A program made the translations under genes and the position numbers. A DNA stretch of 64,000 bases from Octopus sinensis (Eukaryota), in contig NC_042997.1 of assembly GCF_006345805.1 (NCBI RefSeq), forward strand, positions 154,442,001 to 154,506,000. The letters are read 5' to 3'. Position 1 is the first letter of the stretch. The number at the start of each line of letters is the position of its first letter. This document shows, piece after piece, positions 10,896 to 45,669 of the stretch. The notes beneath the pieces were generated by a model that worked only from the letters and a program-made list of their open reading frames with translations, was not told the DNA's origin and did no database searches.

Positions 10896-13800
10896 TTGCA
10901 AAGCGAGTTTCTCAACCAGATATCAATGCCTATAAAATTGTTTCAGATATGTTGTGAAAGGCCTATAGTATTAATGGCTGTTCTGCTTTCCACAATAATA
11001 ATATTGTTGTACGAAACCATAAAGGTGAATATTAGTGCTAAACGCAAGGCAATGAGTTATAAGCCAGATTTTATACTGGATATTTCCAGAAAGATTACAG
11101 TTGTAGAGTTAAAAGGGAGTTTTCAGTGTCTGAATTAGTGGTTTGAGATTGTGTGAAGAAAACAAGAATATACACTCCCGAGAATATGTCTAAAAATGGC
11201 AGGTTTGGCCATATGCCATTTTTTTTTCATTGAGAAAATATTATAGCTTTTATACACCCGTGTGGGTGAACTAACTACGTTGAAATCACTGTCTATAGCA
11301 TGTTGATGAGAAGCAAACTATCAACGCTTTCCATGGATTTAAATTAATCATTTCTTCATAATAGTTGGGATTAGGAACTTGAATTTGAAATTAAGGAATT
11401 AAGTGGAAAAAGTTACATAGAAATTCGTATATTAGCTTTGTTTACTTATTATAAATTTCTTTAAAATTCCTACTCAGTGGTAATCATGTAGAGCACTATT
11501 TCATTCTATTTAGAAACAGTCAACATGACTTATTAAACTTTATTTTATGAAGTGAGATATTTCATTACAGATGAAAATTATTAGAAATTGGAGTAAATTC
11601 ATGGAATGTGTTTGTTCCCTTTCCTTCACAGAACATTAGAAGTTATGAATCGAGAGAAAAGCGTGAACGGTTAAGCGTTTACATAAAGAATAATAGTTGT
11701 TTCCAAGGGAATTCTACTTTGTGAAAATGTTTTATAGTAGCCAATAATTTATTAGTCAATAATCAAAACACAATAATAATTTCTGAATCCCGTAAGTTAC
11801 TGCAGATAAACTCTTTTATTCATTTATTGATGAGATGACGAACCAGTTAAACATTACCATGAATCATATTTGCGTTTCATATGGCAAGAGACCAAAGCAC
11901 AGCAGTGTACAGTCTATACATTTGCTGATTTGTAATTTTCTCTATTCCATTAGCTTCCAAACACTTATTTCATATTAGAAAATTTATTTGATATGATTAA
12001 AATATAGAAGGGATGAAATGTAAATGTCGGGGTAGCCACAAAGTATTACTTATTTTGATACAGTATGAATAAAATATTGTTTACTGTTAAATGTAACAAA
12101 ATTTGTTTTTGCTTGTGATCAAATTAATTAGATAGAAATTATTAAACATAGAGGATTAATGGTTCATTGATATAAGTTTAATTTGTTAAAAGCCGCCCAA
12201 AAATTTGTTTACATATAGTTTTATTAGGTACGAAGAAAGGATAAAATTTACTTTTGTATATTACGATGGAAATTTCACCTAAGCCTATATAAACAGTAAT
12301 CGTAAACATCGCTTGCATGTCAAGGACTGAGCTTAGAATTTTGCATTTAAAATGAGAACATGACAACCAGGTGTATATATACAGTATATTACGCGTGTAT
12401 GCGGGTATGTGTGCTTATCTACATGCTTATTATGTATCTGCTTTATATAATTATAATGTAACGGATCTGTATATGGATAGCTAAAGAGCACACACGCATA
12501 TATGCACAGCTCTCTCTATGCATGTATGTATGTATTTATATGTATATCTGCGTGTATGCGCGCGCGCTTTCGTATGTGTTCGTGTGTGTGCATGGCTGTG
12601 TGTGTGCTTGTGTGTGTAAGCGTTTTATTTGACCTTGGATTAACAGTTATCTAAAGTAATCTTTTACAGCGGATTTCGTTCTGTGGCAAACATACAGACC
12701 AAGATTACTGCACGGAGTTATCACGACCTCATAGCACCTAGACAGCTTCATCGGTCCCCAGGATGTCCTAAGCTACAACTATATCTGCTAGGCACTTCTT
12801 CCTCGACTTCTCTCACATCTATAACTTCCACAGAACCTCCTCTCCATATGTCACTTCTTCCTAACTTAAAAATGATGTATTTTATTCCCCTCCGAGACAT
12901 TCCATCAGATCTTACATATAGCTTATGTCTGTTGTTGAAGCTATACTCTTTAATATATGTTCACTCTGAAAGCTGGTGTATGGACACATACAAATTCCAC
13001 TCTTCCCGCTTCTTACCTCTCTTATCTAGATACCAGCAACAAAACCTTCCAGTTATGATGGTGCTTAGCCATCTTTCTTCACTCGTCTAAATATATCCGC
13101 TTCTTCTACCGTTCTCTGAACCCTCCAATCTCCAACAGTTCTTTATATCCCTTCCTGCATCGAGAATATCTCGTCCCATTCCACTTCGAAGTAATCGTCC
13201 TTGACAACTTTGATATTCTCATCTCTTCTTGGCTTACACCCTTATCGCATACTTTGATCATATTTCTGCTCGATTAGGTTTTACATGGGAAACAACGGTA
13301 ACTTTTTGTACAGTCTAAGTTTGTCCTGTTTAATACAGCCAAGACTGCACAAAACTATTTTGTGGTAGCTAAATGTTTATTTTGAACTTCTGTTTGTTGG
13401 CATTTGGTCACTCGATCTGCCGGATATAACAGCCAAATTTTCCTCAAAGCACATCTAACGCTTTGATAAAAGCAGTAAGATTACAGCATGACTGCCGTTG
13501 ATCATGGATTCACTCAGTCAGAGATAGTCTGGGGTTAAATAACTACAGCGTGTAACTAGAAGGTTGAGGGTGAGGTACATTAAAGAACGTAGAGAGGAAG
13601 AAGTAAATTAATGTAGAATATGATCATCTGAGTTTTGGCGTTTGCCGGAAAAGTGGACGTTGAAAGAAATTTATACTGTTTCGGAGGAATGACCGAGAAA
13701 AGTATTTAGTGTGGAATAGAAAAAGTAGCTACAGAAGATATGATATAATAGAGATAGAGAAGATATTATAATTGCAGAAGAGTTGCTGTTGTTGTACAGT

Positions 13801-13989
13801 TTGTGTCTCTGCTGTTACTATATCCTCTGAGATACAGAAAGTATGACAGTAGTAGGAGAACTGGATGCAATTAGTGGTCCTGGATAAAGTTGGCGTGGCA
13901 TGGAAGTGTCGTAGCAGCGTTAGAAGATACACAAAGATCTATGAACCAACATTTATAATTTGCTAATGATAAAAAATTATTTATTTATT

Positions 13990-14220
13990 TATCTCTTTTA
14001 CTCTTTTACTCTTTTATTTGTTTCAGTCATTTGACTGCGGCCATGCTGGAGCACCCCCTTTAGTCAAGCAAATCGACCCCGGGACTTATTCTTTGTAAGC
14101 CCAGTACTTATTCTATCGGCCTCTTTTTGCCGAACCGTTAAGTGACGGGGACGTAAACACACACGCATCGGTTGTCAAGCAATGCTAGGGGGACAAACAC
14201 AGACACACAAACACACACAC

Positions 14221-14299
<79 letters not shown>

Positions 14300-14320
14300 C
14301 ATATATACATATATACGACA
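13990..14320 (-). mobile_element. SINE family A 3' part with a long (TA)n
   Basis: CTTTTACTCTTTT...GTTTCAGTCATTTGACTGCGGCCATGCTGGAGC through GACAGGCTTCTTTC. Confidence 0.85.
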
Positions 14321-17300
14321 GGCTTCTTTCTATCTATTTATATATTACAATTTATATAAATAAGGACAAGATCGCTAATTTAAATTAAATAACGATCTTA
14401 TCAAGTGACCGGCATGGAAATAAAAACCTTCAAAGGTAATAATTATTATCATAAAATTATAATTTAGGGTATCTAAGAGATATCGCCATGCTGAAAATAG
14501 CAGCCAAGATCTGACTCTAAAGCCACATTAAATGCCCCTTGTGCTGTATGGGCATTTAATGTGGTTTTTGAGTCAGATCTTGGCTGCTATTTTCAGCGAG
14601 GCGGTATCTCTTAGATACTCTAAATTATAATTTTAATAATATTTATATATTACAATAGTAGATATACCTTTAAGGCAAATATGATGAAATTTGAGAAAAA
14701 TTTGAAAGTCTTTCATTGACTCAAATAACTTACCTTGTTTTGATAAACGTAATCGATGGGAGCAGCTGAGAACATATCATAATTAGTGAATGTCTTGTAG
14801 TCTTGCCTTGTTAGATTCAGTTCACACAAACAGTAGGAAGAGGACGCGGTTACGTGAATCGCAGACATAAGTGTGCCATTAAGACGTTCGTTTCGTAACT
14901 CTGATTTTATGTTTGATCCCACTGTGTAGTTCAGGAAAATGTTTTCTATCATAACTTTAGATAAACCAAAGATTTGAGACTGAAATTTAGTGTGCTGAAA
15001 CGGTATTCTTGTTCTTGAATACTAGACTTAGATGTCTCCCAGCTTAACATCAGCACCTAACGACTGGACACCTTTAGTGGAGTATTTTCTGTTGTAAGTA
15101 TCGGGATCAGACCTTCGGTTCCAGAATAGCTTTCTCTTTTCCTACCACCAATCTCGCTGGCTCATAGGCAATGCATTTTCACCTTCGACTAAACGAAACA
15201 CTTAAAAAAAAAAAAATGAATCAGGCAAGACTGGATTTTACTAGATACACAATGCAACGCTGGCGTAGTTAGTTATGAGAAATACCAACGTTTGCAAACT
15301 AATAAATTTACTTTGGAAACTATAGATTTATGGCGACACATCTTCAAATATTATCAAATTCAATATATACATTAACTGTAGTATGAATTCTGTTTGATAA
15401 ATTGAGCAACTTTTAATGTTGCGAACTACAGATGAAGAAGTAGGTTCTAGATGAATGAACAGATTATCAAATTTAATGGGTATATTAACTGAAAAACAAG
15501 TTGAATTCAGAATATTAAGCAAATCCTTATCTGATCAAACTGTAGATGACGGATAAATTCAATACTATCTTATCTTTATATGTATACAGTCGGCACTGAA
15601 ATGTTAAAACCAAACACAAACTAAACCAGATTTTATTTTATATCATTATTATTTTGTTTTGCAATAAATTTGTTAAAAAGAGGAGAGTATTCATGGTCTA
15701 CTTGCTTGGGGTTCCCGAGGTTTTTGGTGAGAAAAAAAAAAGACCAGTGAACCACAACTAATGAGACATTTTAAAACTGGAGTTGGGACCAAATAGAGGA
15801 GTGTATTTTGTTAAAAGTACCCAAGAGCCGAGTGGTGGTGTTAAATTGGGTGCCTGATTACGTCTATTTATGACATAGTGTTTTTCTTCTGACAGCACTG
15901 AAGGATATCGTGGAAATGAAACCTTTATCAAATTATCCATTCCAACGATAGACTCCTCAATATGGCCTCTTCAACTGATACCTTACGGTCCGAAGTAGAA
16001 GAAGGACACTATGGATAGGGTAATCTAAGAAACAATGTCTGGATAAAAGAGTAGATGGTTGCAGTTGAAACCTTTGATCGTAGACCTGTTCAACTTGGAC
16101 TGATCAAAGGTTAAAGAGAGCCAGACATCATCCACAACAAAGTATGGCTCGGTAACATATATCATGCTTTCGTTAATTGTTGCAGGCGGCTATGTAATCA
16201 CGAGCAGTCACAGACATACTCTTGACTCTTTCACCATTTGACTCTGCAGCACAGGATGTAAAAGCTGGAGGGAAAGTAAGTAACCCAAGCAGCTTTTTCT
16301 ACACTAGGTCTTAGTCCAAAGCCGTTTAAGATATTTAGGAAAAGAGGCTCTGTTTTACTGAGGTATTGTTTTCTTGCTTCTTCCGGTAATGTAAGTTAGA
16401 AGTAAAATTGATGTCCTCGACTATACAAACGAAATCTCATTAAAACAGTTAATGTCTGAAAAATACTGATTTTTTTCCCTCTCCAAGTTGTTTGGAGTGA
16501 AGTATATCATATTTTAGTCTTACTTTTAGTCATACTATTAACATGTAGTTAGAGTAGGCGAACATATTCATCATACTAAGTGTCCAGTACTGCGGAGCAG
16601 CTTCTTATTTTCTACTAATTTTATTATTCACTTGGGTAGCTCACGCCACATTATTTCATTATCACCTTACTACCGGCGTCTTCTTTATTTTGTGTTATAG
16701 AAAAACACTGTATATTGTGCAGTATTGATTGTCTCATGCGTGTTATCGCTTGTTTTCATATTTTCTTTAGCAAAATCGTCAATAATTTTTTTTCAGCTCC
16801 AGTCAAAAATGGGTTTGTTGTTTACAGATAATTTTTAGAACTTGGAAACGTTCTCCTTAAACTGCAATTTATTCTGATTTTATTTTAATATTTCTCACCA
16901 AATGAAAAATTGCCAATCTCCAGACAGAAGCAAGGTTCTTTCAATGGGATTTAAGCAACAATTAGTTATGACAACCCTGCTTATGAATTGCATTGTATTA
17001 TGTTTAGACTATATCATATATCATAGATAAATAGTACGTGATAACATTCTGGGACAGCTACTTATGATGTGAGTGATATTTTTGTGTTAATTCTACAATC
17101 TGCATGCTTGTTGCAGGCAGGTGTTTTACTTGCAATCCTATCTCTTTAGTGCATTAGATATTTTTGCTGTTGTAGTTATTTCCGGTAACTGAACTGTAAA
17201 ACTATGCAATTTAAAATCAGAGATCACATACTGATGCAATAAAGGCAACTCTTGTTGTTTATGCTTCTGTTGTGTGGACGCCCCCAGACGATGAAGTAGG

Positions 17301-18683
17301 CTAGCCCAGTACGTAGATATAGTGGGAGAAGCCTAGACATCATAGTTCAGACTAGTCGGAGGAGCGGTGAGAGTAGAAGAGTCGAGAATTGAGTAGCAGT
17401 CATCCGAACGTGCGACATAACAGTGGCGACGAGGATTTCGTAGCTCACACAACCACTGTGTGACATAACATTTTCTATCATTGAATATTTCCGACAAAGT
17501 ACCTATGTATGGCTTTCTGCTGATAATCAGAAAGTTTTTCATCCGATGTAGTAGAAGAGCTGTGCACCTTTTATGGACATGTACTCATCAGTATAAGTCA
17601 GAAAATCGTTTCTGAGATGTTCCTTCCCAACTGACATATTGCTATTTTGTTTATGCGTACTAACTTTATCCATGAACTTACCTCACTATAAGTTCTATAA
17701 CAAACGCTGTCGAAAAGATATGATGTGAATTTAAGGGCTGTTCTAATCGATGTTCCTTGTTTTTGTGTTATGTAGCGGTAGTCAATATCATTGCTGATGT
17801 GAAAATTTCTGGCGGTTGTTAATTGCTTTCACGTTTTAACATCAATGACACGGATCTTATGCAGCGTTCAGTGGAGTAGCCCAAGTGTTGGTAAGATTAC
17901 TGGTACAGCAAACTCATTATGAAACACTGGTCTACCGTATGCAGAGTTCTGTATGTATATATATTTTAATCTGAACGTAGTATTCTCTGGTTACGCGTTT
18001 CTTGTTATAAGTGCCACTTCAGGATATATTTTCGCCCATCGCTAGGTAGCAGTAAGCTTTTATTTTTTATTTAAATTCACCAATTCACAAAAAAGCTGAA
18101 TTTTAACCCAGAAACAAGGCTATTTCACTAAAATTTAAACATAACTAGGTAATCATGTATTATGTAAATATATATTTAGACAGTAGCAAGGCCGAGTAAG
18201 TTCACTTTACATCGTAAGATCCTGGGTTGAGTCTCATTGCATGGAACTTTTGACAAATGACTTTTAAAACAACATCGAATCGCCCTAAGCCTTGTGAATG
18301 AAATTTGATTGACAGAAACCCGTTAGCTAGACTGTAGAGGTAATTCACAGGTACAACTTTGTGTCACAGCGACTCACACCGACTTTCCTTAAGGTTTACT
18401 TCAGAGTAAAGATATCGGTAGAAAACTCATCCACTTATACTAATTTATTAAATAAATATTTCTACTAATAGAATAACTCTTTATCGTAATCCACACAGTT
18501 CTAATTCACTTTTTCTTTATTATATACGAATATGCACTCATACGTCGCATGCATGCGCATTATTGCTTATGAATGTGTACATACATACATAATTCAATAC
18601 ATGCACATAAACATAGTGTATGTATGCATACGCAAGCTTGGATGTTTATATGCTTGAACAAATATGAGCTTAACTTTTGAAAT

Positions 18684-18759
<76 letters not shown>

Positions 18760-18781
18760 GTGTGTGTATGTGTGTGTGTGT

Positions 18782-19030
18782 GGAAGCGCGTGGCTTAGTG
18801 GTTAGGGTGTTGAACTCATGATCGTAAGGCTGTGGTTTCGATTCCTGGACCAGGCGATGGGTTGTGTTTTTGAGCAAAACACTTCATTTTACGTTGCTCC
18901 AGTCCACTCAGCTGGCAAAAATGAGTAACGCTGCGATGGACTGGCGTCCCGTCCAGCTGGGGAACACATACGCCATTGAAACCGGGAAACCGGGCCCATG
19001 AGCCTGGTTAGGCTTTAAAAGGGCGCATTT
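18782..19030 (+). mobile_element. tRNA-derived SINE family C (V-SINE-like central domain)
   Basis: A-box TGGCTTAGTGG, B-box GGTTTCGATTCC, then TGAGCAAAACACTT and TGCGATGGACTGGCGTCCCGTCCAG; second copy at 41682. Confidence 0.8.
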
Positions 19031-20191
19031 ATTTATTATTTTATATATATATATATTTGCATTTCTATTAAGGACGTGTAATTGTAGTTGTAAAGTCCTA
19101 GAGAGTTGTATCCTCTTTGGTTGTTCAAAGCCTAATTTCTCAAAGTTGGTACTGAGGCAGTTGGGTGTATGTGTATGTGTATGAGAGAGAGAGAGAGAGA
19201 GAGAGAGAGGGGAGAGTACGTGTGTGCGCGTGCGTGTGTGTGTACGTATGTTCTTTTCTAATTACTTGAATTCTTCCTAGAAATGAATGATTTCTAACAA
19301 AGAATTGTTCTATCACATTGGAACTTGGATAACAAAATTGGTAATTGTTACCTGCTGAGCTACAGAAAATATCCACACATTTTTTTATGTATGTAGTTCT
19401 CTCCCCCTCTCATTCTCTCCCCTCTCTCTCTGTACACACACATATTACTTTCAATCTTTTTTAGTTGTCAATCGTAATATCTTTTGCTTATTTCTTATAA
19501 TCATTATTTCTATTTTTATCTAGTTTTCCGCTTTATTAATTTTTCTGTCATTTTTTTTTTACCCTTTCAGAAAAAACAAGATGTAGCAGATGTAGGTAAT
19601 AGGAAAAGCCTAAATTGGCTACAGGAAACCCAATAGCAGATAACTATCTATTAAATCCTAGATATTAATATCGAATTTTGAAATCTTTCATTCAATTCAA
19701 TAGAAGCAACATCTGTAGCAATCATCGATCATGCATATAATCGAGTTACATTTAAAACGACACTACTTCCAGATGACATCACGTTAATGTAAATGCTTAA
19801 ACCAAAATATATGTATTAAATGGGTCTTTTAAAATTCTCCACTATCAATATTTCATTCAGTATTCATAGATGTCAGCGCTATGTAATTTCAGAATAACTT
19901 TTTTATTTAGAGCAACACACGATATAATACACAACATTGATCTGTACTTCAGTAACTGATGTATTAATTATTCCATCTGAGAATATCCATAGAGACTGTG
20001 CTGGGGGTATATTCGTCATCCCCGTCAGCAAAGAGGGATTTTATTGGTTGAAAGAACATTAATTTCTTAGCATTTCCTTCCTTGTGCAATCATATTAACT
20101 TTGCACCAAGAATTATCATACGCTGTTTGTATTTCTTTCTTCATTTGTACCTATATGGTCCCTGGCGGTTAATGTTAACCTCCTACTGCAC

Positions 20192-20323
20192 AGATATGCG
20201 CAGGTATTTTGAGAAAAACTGGCGGTTGTCTTAGCAAGAAAATGCTCCAGGTCAGAAAGATATGCGCAAGTATTTTGAGAAAAACTGGCGGTTGTCTTAG
20301 CAAGCAAATGCTCCAGGTCAGAA
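20192..20323. repeat. 66-bp direct tandem duplication (2 mismatches)
   Basis: Units 20192-20257 and 20258-20323. Confidence 0.9.
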
Positions 20324-20708
20324 AGCAGAGCCAGAAGAGGTATCGAAAGCTGTCTTTGCCGAAAAGAGAAAAAAAATCGTGTTCACATCGGAAATGAGAT
20401 CTCAGCAATCCTGTACGCAAGGCAAAATTTAAAAGGGAGAGATATCGGATAGAGTGGTCTGTAGAATGAAAATGGGCTGAGACAGGCGATTTGTTGCTGA
20501 CTTAGATAATCCCAAGTTTTTGTGTGAATCGGTAGGCCACAACATACTCGATATCAGAAATAGAGTGGTTATATTGTTATATCACCGAACAGCATCTTAC
20601 TGGTTATGGCATATAATAGTCATCAATATTAAGGGTAATAGTCGGCGCCGCGAAACCAACGGCAATATTCTGACTAGTCATGACATAACCAATAATATAC
20701 TGCCAAAC

Positions 20709-20740
<32 letters not shown>

Positions 20741-21791
20741 GTATGTATATATATTATATATATAATATATATATATATATTATATTATATATATATATAT
20801 ACATATAATATATACATATATATATATGATCATGCTTCAGTATTTCGTTATATTGTAAAGAGAGTGATGATAAGACGGAAAAATACGTTTATGTATTATT
20901 AAATTAGTTTCAATGATAAAAGGGAAAAACTGTTATACCCAGATTAAATCATTTACATGTATCAATTTATAAAATTCTGTACACGCCACTGAAGTGATTC
21001 GAAGAAAAGAACATTAGCAATAATGTTTGGAATGGCGAATCAATATGTTAAACAATAGCAACAACGACAACAACAAAATAAAAATAACAAACCTTTTTGA
21101 TCAATTTGTTTGGAATATGCAATTTAAGAACAAAAAATGTTCTTGTCCGCCAAAAGTTGACTGGTTTGTTTTTAAACTGTTGCACTGTCTGAGTGCAAGG
21201 AGAAAACTTAACAGCTTATTCTAAACATCTGTACCATACATGAATCCATGTTAAAAATACCTTGAATTAAATAGTTTTATGGAGGATAAATTTTGTAATC
21301 GAAAAAATGTTAAGCTTTTACAAAACATCCATATTTCCTTATATAGAGTTATAATATACGAAACATATACTTGGGTTACTCTCCAAAGCTGAAGCTATAG
21401 CAAATGACTAGGAATTTTATTAAAATCTTTATCTCCTTGATTGTGAGGTAAACATTTTATTAATATTTAAAAACAAAGTTTTTATATGATTAGTTAAATT
21501 GTTATTTCTGTATCTGATAATATATGAAGTAAGTGACATATTCAATTTTTATAAATAATCTACTTATCTGTTATGGAATCCGAAATTTTTTGCAGTCAAT
21601 TTTATTTTATTTTAAAATTTACATATATTATATATATATATATATAATAATATATATATATATATAGCTATTATGTGTGTGTGTGTGTGGTGTGTGTGTG
21701 TGTGTGTGTGTGTGTTGTGTGTGTGTGTGTGTTGTGTGTGTCTGTGTGTGTGTCTGTGTCTGTGTCTGTGTGTGTGTGTGTGTGTGTTTGT

Positions 21792-21832
<41 letters not shown>

Positions 21833-22822
21833 GTAATCACTATTGTGTCTAAAACGTTTTGAAGAGATTGATATTTTTCTTATTAGTTAGTAAATATAAT
21901 CAACACGCATATTATAGCTCGCCGTTGTTCTCTATTGTCGTAACTGAAATAAATATGGTCGAAAAAAAAAGAAAAAAATGAAAATCAAACTATTAGCATC
22001 GTTTTAAATTATTACTCTTTTCGTAAGCTATCGTTATTATTGATATTGATATCACTGATAAATATTTTCTTATTATTCTTTTCATTTTCACTCAGAGACA
22101 ATCGTAACTGAACATGTTGATAGAATGTCATTATAATGACTGAATAATAGCTGAATATGTATGCGTATGTGAGTCAACGAGTTGTATCTTGACATTGGCA
22201 TTGTGAAGTATCTCCATCCATGACACTTACATTTCGCTGACGTATTCACCTATTTTAAACAAGTTCAGCAGGAACTTGAAGCTCCCAGTAGTATGCAACA
22301 GGAGCATTTTTTTTACGAGTATTTCGTTAGCTACTTGTAGAGGGAGGGTAAGAGGAAGATATGACATCCAACAGGCTAGCCTACCCTAAATATATTCCAC
22401 GATGTCGTACTTTTCATGGTGTGTTCCAATGATGTAATGTATTGTGGTGCACACCACAAATGATTTTAATAAATTTGCAAAGTTTCATTAGAATTTTAAA
22501 AAAGCAATCGGTCTTGAATTTTTTCTCGAGCAGAACATGTAAAATGAGAAAACAACTTTGATTTTATATAAAATCTGATTAGATTTCATAAATGTATGCG
22601 TTTTGTAAAATATAAATATTTACTATTCATAACATACTTTTTTTTTCCAAATTTATTGTATTCATGCAATTTATATCATCATTCACTGCCACCATACCAA
22701 TTGATGTAGTTATAAGAATTTCAAAATATAACACTTTATGTGGAAGTTGCGAGATCTTAAGCTGGAATGAGAATAATCTGAATATATCGAACACTTATTC
22801 TCTTATTTCGTTATTCTCTCAT

Positions 22823-43125
<20,303 letters not shown>

Positions 43126-44087
43126 GATGTGTTCGTCGCATGGAAAAAGGCTATAGTTGCATCAAGTGGAATAAGACTGCTGGAATTTGTTAGGGTTTTC
43201 AATCTGAAAAATATAGAAAGTTACCATTTTTCACCATGCTTTGACATTATAATGTTAAGAGATCAATATACTTAGAAAGCACTCCGAACATCTTAAATTT
43301 TTTTTTACCTGTAAACAAGGAAAGTGGGGTTTAGAAGTAATACAAAGATGCAAGATCGATAATACGGAGAGATAACAGAATCAAAGCAGAAAAGAAAAAA
43401 CATGCACTGCATCTGTTTTTTATTAATGGTAATTTATTCAAATCGTCCGGCTTAGTGTATTTTCGAATACTGTATTCGACAATAAAAATGAAAAGAAAAG
43501 GGCATTTTATTTCATGAACTTCACAGCGCAAATGGAATATAAAATGGAAAAATGATTTTAATTCACTCCCTAATGTGGTATAATCTTATACATTTCAAGA
43601 AAATAGCAATTGTTAATGCTTAATTGCTTGCTTTCACCCAGACGAATAAAACTTGAAAGATTTATGAAGAAAATTTTATGCGGTCGCTTGACATATCAGA
43701 AGGGGAAGCGAAATTTTCTTAAAAATGCTTAAAAGAGAAGAAAAAAAATGCTTTACTGAATAATGCAGTTGTATATGTAAAATGTCTGAAGAAATAGATA
43801 CTATTGTCACGGATAGACTGTATTGAATAAGGCTGACAAGGTGATAAACAACAAAAACGACAGCAAGAACAAAACGAATAAGAAAAAGAACAATGACAAT
43901 GACAATAACAACAACAAAAACAAAAACAACAGCATTAACAACCTGTGTAGTTTCAACCCTCTTTTTAATGGTGTATGTGTTCAATATATCATTTTAAAGA
44001 ATTCTCAATTTTCCAGGAAGAAATTTGTGAAAATGGGGTTAAACCTTCGGAGTATCAATGTTTAAAGTCATATCAGCTCGCATACGA

Positions 44088-44131
<44 letters not shown>

Positions 44132-44194
44132 AAAATAATAATAATCCTTTCTAATAAAGGCACGAGGCCAACAACTTCGAGAGAGAGAGAGAGA

Positions 44195-44365
44195 GAGTAA
44201 GTCGATTACATCGACTACAGTTTTCAACTGGTATTTATTTTATCGAACTCGAAAGGATAAAAGGCAAATTCGACCTTAGCGGAATTTGGACTCACAACGT
44301 AGCGACGGGAGAAGTATTGCTAAGCATTTCATCAAGCGTGCTAACGATTCTGCCAGCTTGCCAAC
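44195..44365 (-). mobile_element. SINE family B copy
   Basis: GTCGATTACATCGAC...GCGTGCTAACGATTCTGCCAGCTTGCC. Confidence 0.78.
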
Positions 44366-44381
44366 TATAATAATAATAATG

Positions 44382-44439
<58 letters not shown>

Positions 44440-44442
<3 letters not shown>

Positions 44443-45630
44443 CCACAATTGGACTGGCCAAATATCTCGAAATATCGAATGACTGGATGCTAAAGCTCGT
44501 GGAAAAACACGAGAGACGAAAGAAGCTTCATTCTATCATAAAGGAAAGCAAAAAATTTGCTATTGATCTCGTGCAGGATACCCAAACTGAACAACCCGAG
44601 GGAAGTACGGCAACTATTGTTGCAAAGAAGGTGAAAATGATGGCAATGAAGAAAGCGCACGAGCAATTGGCTGATAGGTGGGAGGAGAAACCTCTGCACG
44701 GCAAATATGTGACCCGCAGCAAACAAGCTGATGTTGACCAGAAGCAAACCCATCAGTGGCTACGGAGCTCAGGGCTAAAAGCAGAGAGCGAAGGTTTCAT
44801 CCTGGCTGCTCAAGATCAAAGCCTATTAACCCGGAACTACCAGGCCAATGTGATGAAAAATGGAGCAGACCCAAAATGCCGATTCTGCAACGACATGATT
44901 GAAACAGTGGACCACCTAATCTCTGGATGTAAAGTCTTAGCACCAGTGGAGTATAAATTAAGACATGACAGAGTTGGCCAATATCTCCACTGGCTAATAA
45001 GTCGGCATTACAATATCAAAACTGCCGACAAGTGGTATAATCACCACCCTGAGGCTGTAACTGAAGGAGAAAATGTAACCATTCTGTGGGACTTTCCAGT
45101 ACATACAGACCGAACCATCAAGGCCAATAAACCAGATATTGTTGTGAAAGACCAAAACAATAAAGTTTGCTTATTGATCGACATGAGCATCCCCTGTGAT
45201 CATAATATCTCAGCGAAAGAGTTTGACAAACTCAGAAAATATAAAGACCTACTCATTGAAATTGAGAAAATGTGGCATCTCAAGGCGGTTACAATACCAG
45301 TGATCGTAGGAGCACTAGGAATGATCAAGAAGGGAACCGAAAATTATATGAGAATGATCCCTGGCTTACCATCCCTGCAAGAAGTGCAAAAGATTGTCTT
45401 AACTGGTACATCACACGTATTGAGAAGAGCATTGTCGATGTGAGAACTGTTGCTGCTCATGTATTTTAATTTAACTTAAAAAAAAAAAAAAAAAATGAAC
45501 GAACTACTGAGTTTGGTTTAATGGCCTACCAATGTATACTATGAGTTTCTTTGCCCTAGGAGTCGGGAAGATACTCGGCAAGAAATGGAAGCAAATTTGA
45601 AAGAAGAAAAAAAAAAAAAAAAAAAAAAAA
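44440..45630 (+). mobile_element. 5'-truncated R4/Dong-clade non-LTR retrotransposon (C-terminal ORF with CCHC knuckle and restriction-like endonuclease), inserted in (TAA)n
   Basis: Uninterrupted frame 44440-45443: W..KPLHGKY, GL..ESEGFILAAQDQSL.TR, CRFC-x8-H-x4-C, RHDRV, ILWDF, KPDIVV...LIDMSIP, K..KY. 3' UTR ends in poly(A) then (TAA)n; (TAA)n also lies at 44368-44439. Confidence 0.92.
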
Positions 45631-45669
45631 TAATAATAATAATAATAATAAGAAGAAGAAGAAGAAGAA

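Noticed and set aside
12683-13250. 135-aa ORF or a decayed LINE 3' end on the minus strand
   Set aside because: Pyrimidine-biased sequence with no convincing domain or splice structure.
16186-16274. Plus-strand segment bounded by TTGCAG and GTAAGT as an exon of another gene
   Set aside because: Stops in all three frames and no partner exons found.
17290-17640. Hairpin TAGGCT..CCCA/TGGG..AGCCTA and a minus-strand CTGATGAG near GAAAC, suggesting another hammerhead
   Set aside because: No arrangement gives a stem II between CUGAUGA and GAAA together with stems I and III.
44286-44439. N-terminal part of the 385-aa ORF with a poly-Ile 'transmembrane' stretch
   Set aside because: It reads through a SINE and the (TAA)n target site; the real element starts at ~44440.
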